64,000 nucleotides of DNA from Macrostomum lignano (lineage: Eukaryota): positions 62,817 through 126,816 of the forward strand of contig NIVC01002997.1 in the NCBI GenBank assembly GCA_002269645.1, in the 5' to 3' direction. Within the stretch, counting starts at the first letter, position 1; each line of letters opens with the position of its first letter. The notes below the pieces were generated by a model. The model saw nothing but the letters and a program-made list of their open reading frames with translations, searched no databases and had not been told where the DNA came from. Below, one piece after another: positions 43,136-54,691 of this stretch. The position numbers were made by a program, and so were the translations under genes.

Positions 43136-44897
43136 CGAACGGTCAGAGCGTAGTGCGTGCTTGAATAGCTTTTCGTTTCTTTTTTACTTTAGTAGACCGA
43201 AAGAGTAAGCCTAGAGCAGACCTTTAACTGGATTGGTTTCTTTTTTAGCTAGTAGTTGCAGCGGCAACTGATTTATTTGGATCTTGAATCTTAGATGCTA
43301 GTCATGTCCTATGCTCAATAAAGTCGTCTCTATTGCAGCATCTACGCTCAGAGGGAGAGTTCTGATAAATAGCTTGTGACCATGTGTACAAACAACTCGC
43401 TCAGAATGGGCAGATGGGGCTGGAGTGAAACGAACTATGCTATCCTGGTGTTGTCAAGTTCTCTACTTATTTTTTGGCATCGTGGGCTAGAAATTCCTAC
43501 CATATGCTCGTATTTGTTTTCTACCCGCATGCATCGAGTTTGCAGGGTTGAGCGGAGAGATGCGCGCCTATCTCTGTTCTATTTTTAGTACTTACCTACT
43601 GGCCTATTGAAGGATGCGTTCGTAGCGAGAGACAGTTTATTGTCGACTATGTATATTCGAATACTGAATCCTTGTTCTTAGGCAAGAAAATGTATACCAA
43701 CTATCCTTTATTCATGTGCGTGTACATTCGATTCTTTTTGGTTCATTGTATTTACATAATTAAACTGCAGCTTTCTGCAGTCAACATCCGCTATTCAAAG
43801 AGGAAAAATTCTCAAGTCTCGTATTTTAGTTAGTAGTAGTTATACACTAATTTTTAGACTGGCTACTAGCAAAAAAGTAGTATTATTATTTTCTGATAAA
43901 AATTATCGTCTACTTTGTTTGTTATGATATGAATTCAGGGCACTCGGATTTGCGTCGAATGCCTGCTGATTGATATAAGACCTACTAACAGATTATTTTG
44001 TGCATTATTACGAGCTAAAATAGAAAATGCAGAGAGTGCACCTTGGCAAGAGAGAACTAAACTGACAAATAAGTTACGAAATCCATCATGAAAAAATAGT
44101 TTCTGTTGATTACATATGAAGTACTGACTGACGGTTGTCTCGGGTGGTTTGGTAGGTCTTCAATATCCCACCGCTGCCACCAGTGAAGTAGTCACTCTTA
44201 GCTTCCCGATTTAGTTTCAGGCACTTAAAATCTACCTTTAAATTCCGGCGCCTCTTCAGTCGGAAGCTCTATAGTTGTAGAGTAGGTAGTGCTGCCACCA
44301 TTCTGTCGGGTCTCGGCCTTCGGTGAGGGTGAGTTTCCTTCGGGACGAAATAACTAAGACGAGTGAGATTGAGATCTGTAGCTCAACCTACAAAGGCATC
44401 TCGTCAGCAGATCCTGTCGGGCTCAATGGGTGGTTGGGAGGGCAGGGTTAGCCTCTTGTCGGCTTGGGGCCTTTAGTTGGATGGTCAGGCTAGCACTTAT
44501 AGGCTGGGAATCCCATTGCGCCATTGTGCGCAAGAACTCGTGATTCCTCCCTCCTACCTTAGAGAAGGCAGGCGGGACCCGGGACACATTCTGCCGTAAA
44601 CACAGACTAGCTCACATGACAAGGGAAAACAGGCCACCAACTGTGACCTCAAATGGAGCAAACCAAGAACAGACCACAGCAGAGATGCCCATGGTAGCAA
44701 ACAAAAGCACAGAGAAAACGCAGCACAGGGAAGTGTGGAACGCAGGCAGATCAAAAAGGGGAGGGAAGCTGCCCAGCGGCAGACAGTAACCCAAAGCTGG
44801 GCGAGGGCGAGGGAAACTGCTGACAGTAGGGCGACGCCAGACACTAAACTAGCGACTAACAACACATAGCTGGTAATTATTCATAGAAAATATGTGA

Positions 44898-45475
44898 TTA
44901 AATTTCATTGACTCTGAAAAACTTCAATCCAAGTGGCCTTTCACCAGCGTCGTTAAAGTGCAGCTTCAAGGAGGCGTCGAAGTAGGGCAGCATGACGCAC
45001 TCGAGCTTGGCTGGGTGCCAGTAGAGTCCGACGCAGTCCGGTCCAAAGATGCAGCAGCTGATTGTGCAGTCGAATACGCTGGGAATTCTAGAAATTGAAC
45101 ATCCCAGATCTATCTGGTCGATCAAACTTAGGATTCACTGATTTTACAGTCGGATCCACGAAACTATAGAAAGGATTCACAGACGTACATCTCTCAGATC
45201 TCCGATTTTTTACACTCCTTATCACTCCTTAATCCACTTGGCACCATGTCGATGATCGCAGCGGAGAGTTTCATGACCTTGGGCTTGGGCTTGCTGATCA
45301 TCTCTACTCCCGCGGCGTGACAGGCCTTCACAGCGTCTCAGAATGTCACAAGTGTTGCATTGAGCTCCGTGATGCACCAGGTTGTCTCGGCGCTATTCAA
45401 TGAAATCGCACCACTGGGGCAACCTCGAGCTTGCGTAATTGCGAGCAGAATTATAAAAATCGCGATGGCTTGTTG
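44898..45475 (-). pseudogene. Pseudogene of the C-type lectin + PAN-like family
   Basis: Signal-peptide-like IAIFIILLAITQARGCP..WCI..VTF*DAVKACH..EMISK (TGA where paralogs have Cys); most of the CTL domain is missing or scrambled; C-terminal GC..DCTISC..DCVGLYWHP..CVMLPYFDASL retained. Confidence 0.78.
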
Positions 45476-46060
45476 ACTTGAAATTTGTGCCTCGGAACGC
45501 ATATTCTTGTCTTCGGAAATAACGATTGAGCTTTCAGATTACAGATTTGGGTCAACAGAGTCTTTATGGAGCAAAGCTCAGAGCGCTGGCTTCTTTGCTT
45601 AAAGCAATTTTTCGCGTGTAACAATCCCGGACGTCTGTCTAAGGAGCTTTGCCTAGGCAAACACAGAATGCGTTTACTAAATTTCTGCACATCCGCGTTG
45701 GTAGCTACAAGACTCTAGATCCTGTAGAACTCTTCTGTGTAATGTCCGGAAGCCTTCCTGTGTAATGTCTGGAGCAACCAACCTGTTTTCTTGTCACGGT
45801 TGTCACGACAAATCCTAAGATATTCTGCCTCAGACAATATGATTGAGCAATACGAGATAAGATCGAACTTGAAAAGCCCACATATCAGCTGTCTTGAAAG
45901 CTTTCACGCATCTGTGTCATATGTCAGCACTATCTGCCTTCTCGTGCATTTGAACTCCGACAAGAAACACTGGGTATACGTAGGAGGTTTCTTGGGACTT
46001 TGAAAATTTATTTTATTTTGTAAACATTATCTACATATAGTACGAGTGTAGATTTAAGCA

Positions 46061-46843
46061 TCACATTAGACGCAGATACTTCGTCCACTGCATCTGCTCA
46101 AGATTGTTGGCGGAAAACTCCGAGGCATTGAGCGGCAGGCTGGCGTCAAAGTGAGGCAGCAGGACGCACTGCCTCCTTGTCGGATGCCAGTAGAATCCGA
46201 TGCAGTCACCAAAACGATATTTGAGGCAGAACTGAGCGCAGTTTAAGTAGAATCTGGCAGCCGGCTCCTTGATCCAGCAACCAGGGTCAAGTTGGTAGCG
46301 CACGGCGATTTCCACTCGCACGAATTTTCCGCTGTCCAGTTTTGTCGTCAACCGATCGGCCGCAGCACTGTCCGAGTAGCAGTACACAAAGTGGGTCGCT
46401 GAGCATGAATCATCTCTCAGCTGTCCGTTCGTGCTGGAATATGTCGTTACGCAGTCCTGGTTGTAGGCATTATTTGGCTCGTTCGTCTCAAAGTAGTTTT
46501 CGGTTCCCGTCGTTACGTCGCCATCCTTGATCCATATCCAACCAGCTTTGCTCTTGTCTCTCTCATCGAGCGCGTCGACCAATCCGACCCACCACTGCTC
46601 GGGTGGAATGTTGCCGGCTGACTTCATGTCGTCATACACCGTCTTGCTGATCATCTCCTGGCCGTTGGAGTGGCACACTTTAACCGCCTCGCAGAAAGTC
46701 CTTCTGACATCGGTGTACTTCTTGACGCACCACGGCTTCGAAGTGTGCCCAACCTGGGTCATGTCAGGTGGACAAGACGACGCAGTAAGCATCACCAGCT
46801 GAGCAGCCAGCAGAGGAATCGAGAGATAAGCTACAAAGCTCAT
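46061..46843 (-). CDS. Secreted C-type lectin + PAN/apple-like domain protein, copy 1 (260 aa, intronless)
   Basis: Hydrophobic signal peptide, FCEAVKVC, WWVGL, WIWI, EPNN..QDC, LRDDSC..YC; C-terminal Cys pattern GCW..C..C..DC.GFYWHP..QC; AATAAA downstream. Confidence 0.85.
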   Translation of the reverse strand: MSFVAYLSIPLLAAQLVMLTASSCPPDMTQVGHTSKPWCVKKYTDVRRTFCEAVKVCHSNGQEMISKTVYDDMKSAGNIPPEQWWVGLVDALDERDKSKAGWIWIKDGDVTTGTENYFETNEPNNAYNQDCVTTYSSTNGQLRDDSCSATHFVYCYSDSAAADRLTTKLDSGKFVRVEIAVRYQLDPGCWIKEPAARFYLNCAQFCLKYRFGDCIGFYWHPTRRQCVLLPHFDASLPLNASEFSANNLEQMQWTKYLRLM

Positions 46844-47434
46844 GCTATTGGAGAAGTCAGTTTGTCTAAGTTAGAAATTTGCAAGTCTCGCCAGAAGCTT
46901 TCGGTCCACGCTCCCGACTTTATTTGATACAAGCCAAGGGTTTTCTCTCCCTCATCCGCTTTTTCTACTTTACAAAGCTGTTGTGCGTTGCTAGGAGCAA
47001 CAATGTCAACTTAACGCAGCGAGTTTTTGATAAAAAAACTAAGCAGAGCTTGCGTCTCACATCCGGGCTGCTATTCGTAGAAGTCACGACTTTGTGTTCC
47101 GGCTTTTTTATGCACAAACTGAAGCATCCCATTGACGGGTTTGTAGGACCAAAAAGTTCCGTTTTACCCATCACGCGGAGAATTTTTTAAATAAAATATA
47201 CCTAAATAGAAGTGAACCAATTTACTATTCGTTGCATACTTATGACTTACTTGTCTTAGCTGAATTGCGCGCCGGGCATCAGGGAGGAGGGTTACATTCC
47301 GTAACCCATGGGGACTGCGGGAAACACGTTAGCTCACTTCTCTCTGTGCTTGGATGCCACATAATAGTTAATCCGAGTTGTGACAACGGTGGTGTGGGGC
47401 TGGGGGCCACGGGCAGGGGACCAGTAAAAGACCC

Positions 47435-47760
47435 GGTCGGGCCAGCCTTGGCCAGGCGATCGGCCAGCTTGTTACCGAGGTGGCCTGAGAGCCCAAGGTA
47501 GGGGCACCTTGTTGGAGACGCAGTCTGAGTGGAGGCTGATCTTTTTTCAAGACTTGCTGATTTTTCAGCTCCATGACACAGGAGCTGAGGGCGAGAACTT
47601 CGTTCTAAAAAACGGTGGAGCAGGTGCCGTTGTGTTGGGAGAAGGTCGCCACAGTTTTAACTCCAGACACAATGCAGTAGCGGTAGCCAGAGGCGGAGTT
47701 GATTTGGGACCCATCAGTGAAGCTGTGGATTTCACGGAGCTTCCAGTTGTCCCTTGCTAC
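47435..47760 (-). mobile_element. RNase H remnant of a non-LTR retrotransposon (R1/I/Lian-like)
   Basis: EIHSFTDGSQ..STVF*NEVLAL and, after a frameshift, GHLGNKLADRLAKAG, matching the TDGS / TVFQAE / GH.GNE.AD.LAK RNase H motifs. Confidence 0.72.
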
Positions 47761-48990
47761 CTGGCGTGGTAGAATGCTGGTATTGAATTTAGGCGGAGGG
47801 CAGAGCGTGGACGGGTTTCCAGCCGAGAGGGTCAGCAGTCCTCCCGCTGCATTCTTCTTACAAGTGTGGGGCCCGCTACTTGCATTTCAGCAAATGCATA
47901 ATTATGATGCTAATACGAGCTGTTTTTATCGATTGATGTCAAGAACTGGCAAGTAGTTGCGCTAATAGCGTCGCTGTTGCTTGTGCTCAAAAACAGACTA
48001 TGCAGCATTAAATTCAGAGAAAAAGCTACCCTGCCTTATTAGCTGCCGATTGATAAACCCGTACCTGTGCCATCGTTGACCTATTGAAAACTATGTACAG
48101 GTAAAAGAGCGGCTAGTATTCGTTAAATGACTTTTTGTTTCTTTGACAGCAAAGAAGCGAAGCAGTACATACCAAACTTATTCATGCAACTGAAGCAAGC
48201 AGGTCGCTTCTGCAAGCATTCGAGTCATTGAAACAGATGACCCGAGACCGAAATTATTAGACTTGTCTCAGGGGGACTACAGAGGTTTCTTACAACTTTT
48301 CTTACTACAAGGTTTCTTAAAGACAAACAACATACGTTGCGTTGGAAGAATTGCGTCGAATCGAAGAGGGACTACGTCGAGAAGTGTGACAACTTTGAAG
48401 ACTCTGATTCACTGTGTTTGCTAGGGCAAAAAGTCTCAGAACTTTCGGAACGCCCCTCGTGCAAGAACTTGGTTCAATTCGCCACAGAAAATTCTATATG
48501 CGGTTGAAAAGTGTTTTACCAATAGGAATAAAATACCAAGTAAGTGTCAATATTCAAATTGAGAGTAATCTGTAAACGAGTGTAGAGTAGTACACTGAAA
48601 ATAAGTTTACAAAACTGGAGTTGCGCAATTAGCTAAAAAAAAAAGAAGACAATCATTCGATAGCTAGTCAACACTTTTGATGGACCTCATTCAGATGAAA
48701 ATTAAGTAGTTTTGGCAACAGAGCAGAATGTGAACAGAATTGAATAAAAAACGAAAAAAAGATTTTAGCAGCGGCTAGAGACATTTCAAAACGAATTTTC
48801 ATGTTGTGAATAATTTTGTTTTTAAGAAGGGTTTTTCCAAAAAATATCATGTTTAAGTAAAACAGATTAGGTGCTATTATTTTAGGGGAGGCAATTTTAT
48901 TTTATGATTTAATTATTAACATCTATATTTGTCTTCGGTTTCATTCTTCTAATTCCGTTTCAGCATTACTGTCGCTCCGAATCCACTTCA

Positions 48991-49776
48991 TCACGTCGTT
49001 TTGTGCAGATACTTCGTCCAGTGCAAATTCTCCGTTTCGTTGGCAGAAAAGTCTGATCCGTCGAGCGGTAGGCTGGCGTCAAAGTGAGGCAGCAGGACGC
49101 ACTGCCTCCTTGTCGGATGCCAGTAGAATCCGACGCAGTCGTTAAAATCGAACTGAAAGCAAGTCAAGGTGCAATCAGCGAGAGTCTTGGCAGCCGGCAC
49201 CTTGATCCAGCAACCAGGGTCAAGTTGATGGCGCACGGCGATTTCCACTCGCACGAATTTTCCGCTGTCCAGTTTTGTCGTCAACCGATCGGCCGCAGCA
49301 CTGTCCGAGTAGCAGTACACAAAGTGGGTCGCTGAGCATGAATCATCTCTCAGCTGTCCGTTTGTGCTGGAATATGTCGTTACGCAGTCCTGGTTGTAGG
49401 CATTATTTGGCTCGTTCGTCTCAAAGTAGTTTTCGGTTCCCGTCGTTACGTCGCCATCCTTGATCCATATCCAACCAGTTTTGCTCTTGTCTCTCTCATC
49501 GAGCGCGTCGACCAATCCGACCCACCACTGCTCGGGTGGAATGTTGCCGGCTGACTTCATGTCGTCATACACCGTCTTGCTGATCATCTCCTGGCCGTTG
49601 GAGTGGCACACTTTAACCGCCTCGCAGAAAGTCCTTCTGACATCGGTGTACTTCTTGACGCACCACGGCTTCGAAGTGTGCCCAACCTGGGTCATGTCAG
49701 GTGGACAAGACGACGCAGTAAGCATCACCAGCTGAGCAGCCAGCAGAGGAATCGAGAGATAAGCTACAAAGCTCAT
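48991..49776 (-). CDS. Secreted C-type lectin + PAN/apple-like domain protein, copy 2 (261 aa)
   Basis: Nearly identical to copy 1 over the 5' flank and CTL domain; diverges after LDPGCWIK. Confidence 0.85.
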   Translation of the reverse strand: MSFVAYLSIPLLAAQLVMLTASSCPPDMTQVGHTSKPWCVKKYTDVRRTFCEAVKVCHSNGQEMISKTVYDDMKSAGNIPPEQWWVGLVDALDERDKSKTGWIWIKDGDVTTGTENYFETNEPNNAYNQDCVTTYSSTNGQLRDDSCSATHFVYCYSDSAAADRLTTKLDSGKFVRVEIAVRHQLDPGCWIKVPAAKTLADCTLTCFQFDFNDCVGFYWHPTRRQCVLLPHFDASLPLDGSDFSANETENLHWTKYLHKTT

Positions 49777-50721
49777 GCTATTGGAGAAGTCAGTTTGTCT
49801 AAGTTAGAAATTTGCAAGTCTCGCCAGAAGCTTTCGGTCCACGCTCCCGACTTTATTTGATACAAGCCAAGGGTTTTCTCTCCCTCATCCGCTTTTTCTA
49901 CTTTACAAAGCTGTTGTGCGTTGCTAGGAGCAACAATGTCAACTTAACGCAGCAAGTTTTTTTATGATGAAGTTGCGACTTTGTCTTCCGGTTTATCTTA
50001 CGAGACTTCACCTCCAGTTTACAGGATGCATGTAGGAAACCCGTTGATTTTTTATTTAGCCTCACCTGTACGCATGTTTTGTTGTTGAGTGGTCCAAGCT
50101 TCGTTTAGGAAGAGCGACAGAACAATTTTCTATGAGAAGAATAGCAAACATTAAAGATATTTTTACAGATGTCGTTTTTATTGACGCATAATTTTAATGG
50201 ATTTTCAGTTTTGTTGCATTTTTTCTGATATCCAGATGACATGACATATGAATTATAGACATGGTAGACATGCCTCTTGGCCAGTGAGATCTCTCTCCAG
50301 ATTCTAAATGCATTAGTACTCCTTGGACATGCGGGGAGTAGCTTGCGAAAGGAACTAAGCTGATTTCTCTGCCTACCTTGACGGATCATGCCCGCCCCTA
50401 ATCCGCGCACACAAAGCCAGAGAAAAAGCATCCGTGAAGCAGTGGCAATAAAACCCAGTATTTCCTTTCCATTGTTTCAGCAGCTGCTATTGTTGCCTTC
50501 ACAACTGCGACACAGAGGCCGCGAAAAACAATGCAATTTTAGCAAAGTTTTCGGAAACTATAGAAGATTTTTTTAAATGCAAAAACTAGCTCTTGCAATT
50601 TTAAAGCAGGGGTGCGAAAACCAGTGGCTAGAAGCCTACAAAACTAATTAGAATGAGTCCTGTGGATCGGTCTATGCGGTTGCTGCCCGATGACTAAGCT
50701 CTTTGGCCACATACGATTATA

Positions 50722-51352
50722 CAAAGGGTGCTAGCTGGATAGTGATCGTTTGGGCACTACTTTCTACAACAGCATCTAAATTGCCTAAAGGAGCAGGTAG
50801 TTTAAAGAAAAACTATCAATGGTCTAGTTGAGTGTTGATTTTTTTCTCTAGCACTTTTATTAGCTGAGTTATGGCCCATCACGTGGTGATATCTATGGCC
50901 ATAAATTGCGATTTCACTAGCTGCGGGTGACAGATCGCCAGACATGTCACCCTGCGACTACAGAGTATTTGGCGCATTCAAGCAGCTCATAAGGGGTCGA
51001 GTGCGAGTACATTGAGGGAATGAAGGAGGAGGATTGCGATTATTGTGATGACATTTGATTATATTGCTTGAGATGTTTCAAGAACGGTTGTGTCCCCGTT
51101 TGACCCCTGACCCTCCAATCCTAGCGGCTTTAAACTTTTATCTTTCAGCAGCTGGTGAAAATCGCAATTTATTTCCGTGGATATCACCACGTGATGGGCC
51201 ATAACTCAGCTAATAAAAGTGCTAGAGAAAAAAATCAACACTCAACTAGACCATTGATAGTTTTTCTTTAAACTACCTGCTCCTTTAGGCAATTTAGATG
51301 CTGTTGTAGAAAGTAGTGCCCAAACGATCACTATCCCAGCTAGCACCCTTTG
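50722..51352. mobile_element. Non-autonomous foldback/MITE with ~200-bp terminal inverted repeats and TA target duplication (Tc1/mariner-type ends)
   Basis: TA|CAAAGGGTGCTAGCTGG.. at 50720 and ..CCAGCTAGCACCCTTTG|TA at 51352-51354; arms ~50722-50925 and ~51147-51352 are near-perfect reverse complements. Confidence 0.9.
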
Positions 51353-52952
51353 TATTATAAAGTAGCATGTCCATGAAAGTCACCACATAAGCGTCTACTG
51401 CATTATCATCTCCTTAGTGTTTTCCTAACTGGTATTTGTTGCCTCTTTCAAGCGCAAAATGTTGCTTGAGTGGATGAACGGTTTAGCAAACTATATGTAT
51501 GTTTAAAAAGCCTTCATGAAAAGACCCTACTAAAACTGTTTAGCTAGTCTTTTAGGAATGTAATTTTTCCTCTTTGAAAAATTCTGCCAAATTTTACGAA
51601 CTAGAGAAAGGAATCATTTCAGCCTTTGCTGAAATGCTTTGCTTTGCGTTCGCTCCCCGGAAATTGATAGCTAGAAGTGATGCTTTGTTTAATTTTTTGT
51701 CTTACTTTTGTCTTCGGAGAAATTCCTCTATCGATTTTTCCGAGAAACCTATGCGCTTCTATAAGCAAGGCAAGCTAGATAGCCCTGCTATAGCAGGAAA
51801 TACTGATGATGACAATGGGCTGGGTTTTCTTGCGCAAAGTTTGAAAATCTTCAAAACAAAAGAGAAGCGAGGAAGTTCCACAAACTTGGTAGAGGTTGGA
51901 AAACATAAAAAGCAAAAATATCAGCTGACTCTTTTGTTAAAAACATCGAACTCAAATTTTGGGAGTCTTGAGACTGGCTCTAAACCATGCAGGGACCATT
52001 AGAAAACTGTAGCTACCTGGACTAGAAACAACCTCCACGAATACACGCGTTACTAACAGAGACTTTACGAAACTCAAGATTTTAATTCATTCCCGCCTTA
52101 GCATCTTTTTTAGTGTCCAATGAAAACAGGGCAAAGAAGTTGAATTTTTGAGTTTTAAAATACGAGTAGCCATGGGAGCGTAAAATGATTACCAAGGTAA
52201 AAACTGGATAAGATTTTGCGAAAGTCTTATTAATAATCTCATTTTTAATCTTTTCGTAACCAGGGACTGTCCTAAAAAGCAGCCAAATTTTGTGCAATAA
52301 ACATTTTCACTTGATTTGTATTCAAAATACTGGTAAGTATGGGACTACGTGGACTTGATAATACTGCTCACAGAGCTGTTACATACAGACTCAGCTTGTT
52401 TCCAACTCACTAAAGAAGAGCAAAGTTCTTAGTGCTCACACCTGCACTACGTGTTTGTACAAGCACAAACAGCGCTGACTGGTACTTGGAAATTTATATC
52501 AATGCAAGAGCTTTGGACACCTGATTATTTTTATCTCGTGTGCAGCGCTAATTCGGTTGCATAGGCAAGGCAAAATTAGCTCGTAGACAAGTCACATTGA
52601 TTGCTTTTTTGAGATGCTGGGAACAGAAAGTTTTGTTAATCTGGGTAGCGGAAATCTTTCCATATATTTTGTCGAGTTGATTCGAGTATTATTAGTTTTT
52701 AGAAAGGATAAAGCGGATATAATAAATATAAGCACTACAAATACGGAATAAATTTAGATTTAAAATAAGGTATAAGCTGCTGGGTTGATATTGATAGAGA
52801 GCTTAACTGTAAGATAATAACATTTTTTACTAAAAAGGGCTTTAACAGAAGTTCGTAAAAATGGTGAAGCTTATATTGAACTTTAGAAACTCTAAAAGTG
52901 AGTTAAGTGTTTGTTATTAATTTTAAGTTTTCATATCCTCTTCTCTGTCGGT

Positions 52953-53727
52953 TCAAAACTCTGTGCGACGGTACTTCGTCCACTGCATCTGCTCCGTTTC
53001 GTTGGCAGAAAAGTCGGAGATGTCAAGCGGCAGGCTGGCGTCAAAGTACGGCAGCAGGACGCACTGCCTCCTTGTCGGGTGCCAGTAGAAGCCGACGCAG
53101 TCACCGAACTCGAACTCAAGACAAGCCATGGTGCACTCGAGGCGGCTCATTCTGATCGACTGGTTCTTCCAACAGCCCGGGTCGGGTTGCACGCGTTCCT
53201 TAATCTCCACGAGATGGAATTCTCCGTTGTCCGGCCTTTTAGCTGCTCGGTTTGCCGCAGTGGCGTCCTGGTAGCAGTAGAATGGATAAACATCAGTGCA
53301 TGTCTCGTCTCTCAGCATTTTGTTCGATCCGGTGGTTGTTGTGCAGTCTTGCTGGTAATGATCATTCGGTTCTGAACTTTTAAAGTAGTCATCGGTGCCA
53401 TCCGTAACTTGGCCATCCTTAATCCACACCCAGCGGTCTTTGTGCCCTATACCTCTCTCGTTAAGCGCATCGACCAATCCAACCCACCATTCTCTATCAG
53501 GAATGCTATTGCTGATCTTCATGGCGTCGAACACAGGCTTGCTGACCATCTCCTGACCGTTTTCGTGGCAGGTTTTTACCGCGTCGCAGAATGACTTTTG
53601 TAGACTGTACTTTAACGCACCAGGGCTGCTCAGGGGTTCCAACCTCAGTCATGTCGGAGGGGCAAGCCGACTCAGTGACATGAGCGGCCAGCAGTGGCAA
53701 CAGAAGCAAAGCTATGGGACTAAACAT
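52953..53727 (-). CDS. Secreted C-type lectin + PAN/apple-like domain protein, copy 3 (frameshift near 53590-53615)
   Basis: MFSPIALLLLPLLAAHVTESACPSDMTEVG..WCVK, then in another frame YSLQKSFCDAVK..WWVGL..EPND..GCW..DCVGFYWHP. Length 775 nt is not a multiple of 3. Confidence 0.8.
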
Positions 53728-54691
53728 GTCCTGTTTGATGGCTTTAATCCACATGAAAAGAAAAGTTTACCGAAGCATAAAACTTCTTTCAAAATCAGCT
53801 TTTAAGGCTCCGCTGTGGCCCGTTGTTTTTTAACTTTCATCCCCAATCCCGATACTCCTTTCTCACGGCCAAACAGCAGAGTTTGAGCTTGGTTGCCATG
53901 CCACGAATTTCCGTAAGCAAAAAACTGTAATGCAGCTACGGAAGGTTCCTGACTCTCTGACTTCCCTTCAGTTATTGATCCGAGAGCCAATGACTCCATG
54001 CTTCGGTAGACAATCAGACTATTCATTGCTTTGTAGAAAGGATGAGCGAAAATGATTAGGAGGCAAGCATTTAGAAAGCAACACTGCACAGAGCGTTTGT
54101 AGTTGATAGGACCTGTGCGAACCAGTTACATGTAATTCTAATACGTGGAATTGTGAGCATACATGCAATTTAGCTACTTACATAAATGTTTTTAAACCCT
54201 GATTTATTTGGCTTATCTTCAAGGCCTGTCAAAAGATACGCTTTTTGTACTTTTATGCTGGTAGGGACAGGCAGATAACGTAACTGATTTTACCGTTTCT
54301 TACACTCGGGGTCTTGGCAGTTTTCTAAAAATAATTAACACGTGAAAGGTTCAGATAAAGTCAGTGTTTCTGCTTTTGGCTATTTTGTTATGGAGACATG
54401 GCGATGGTACATTTAATCAGATGATTGTACGCTCAACCGATGCGATGGTGCATCATTTTTTATCCACCACAGAATGCCAAGAGATTCGCATCCTTGATTT
54501 CTCACGCAGATTTCTGAAGACGGAGTCAATTAAAAACTTCATTTCAACACAATAAAAAAGCGAAGCATGGGCTAATAAAAACATTCGAAGCAAGCAAGTA
54601 CAAATGAAAAACTGCATCAAATATTGAAAGAAAGCGAGAAGTGCATAATTTCAGAAAAAAATATCCGTCTAAGTATTCTCAAATAAAGGAT

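Noticed and set aside
51574-52002. 142-aa ORF (MKNSAKFYEL..)
   Set aside because: Non-ATG start in AT-rich spacer, no motifs or splice support.
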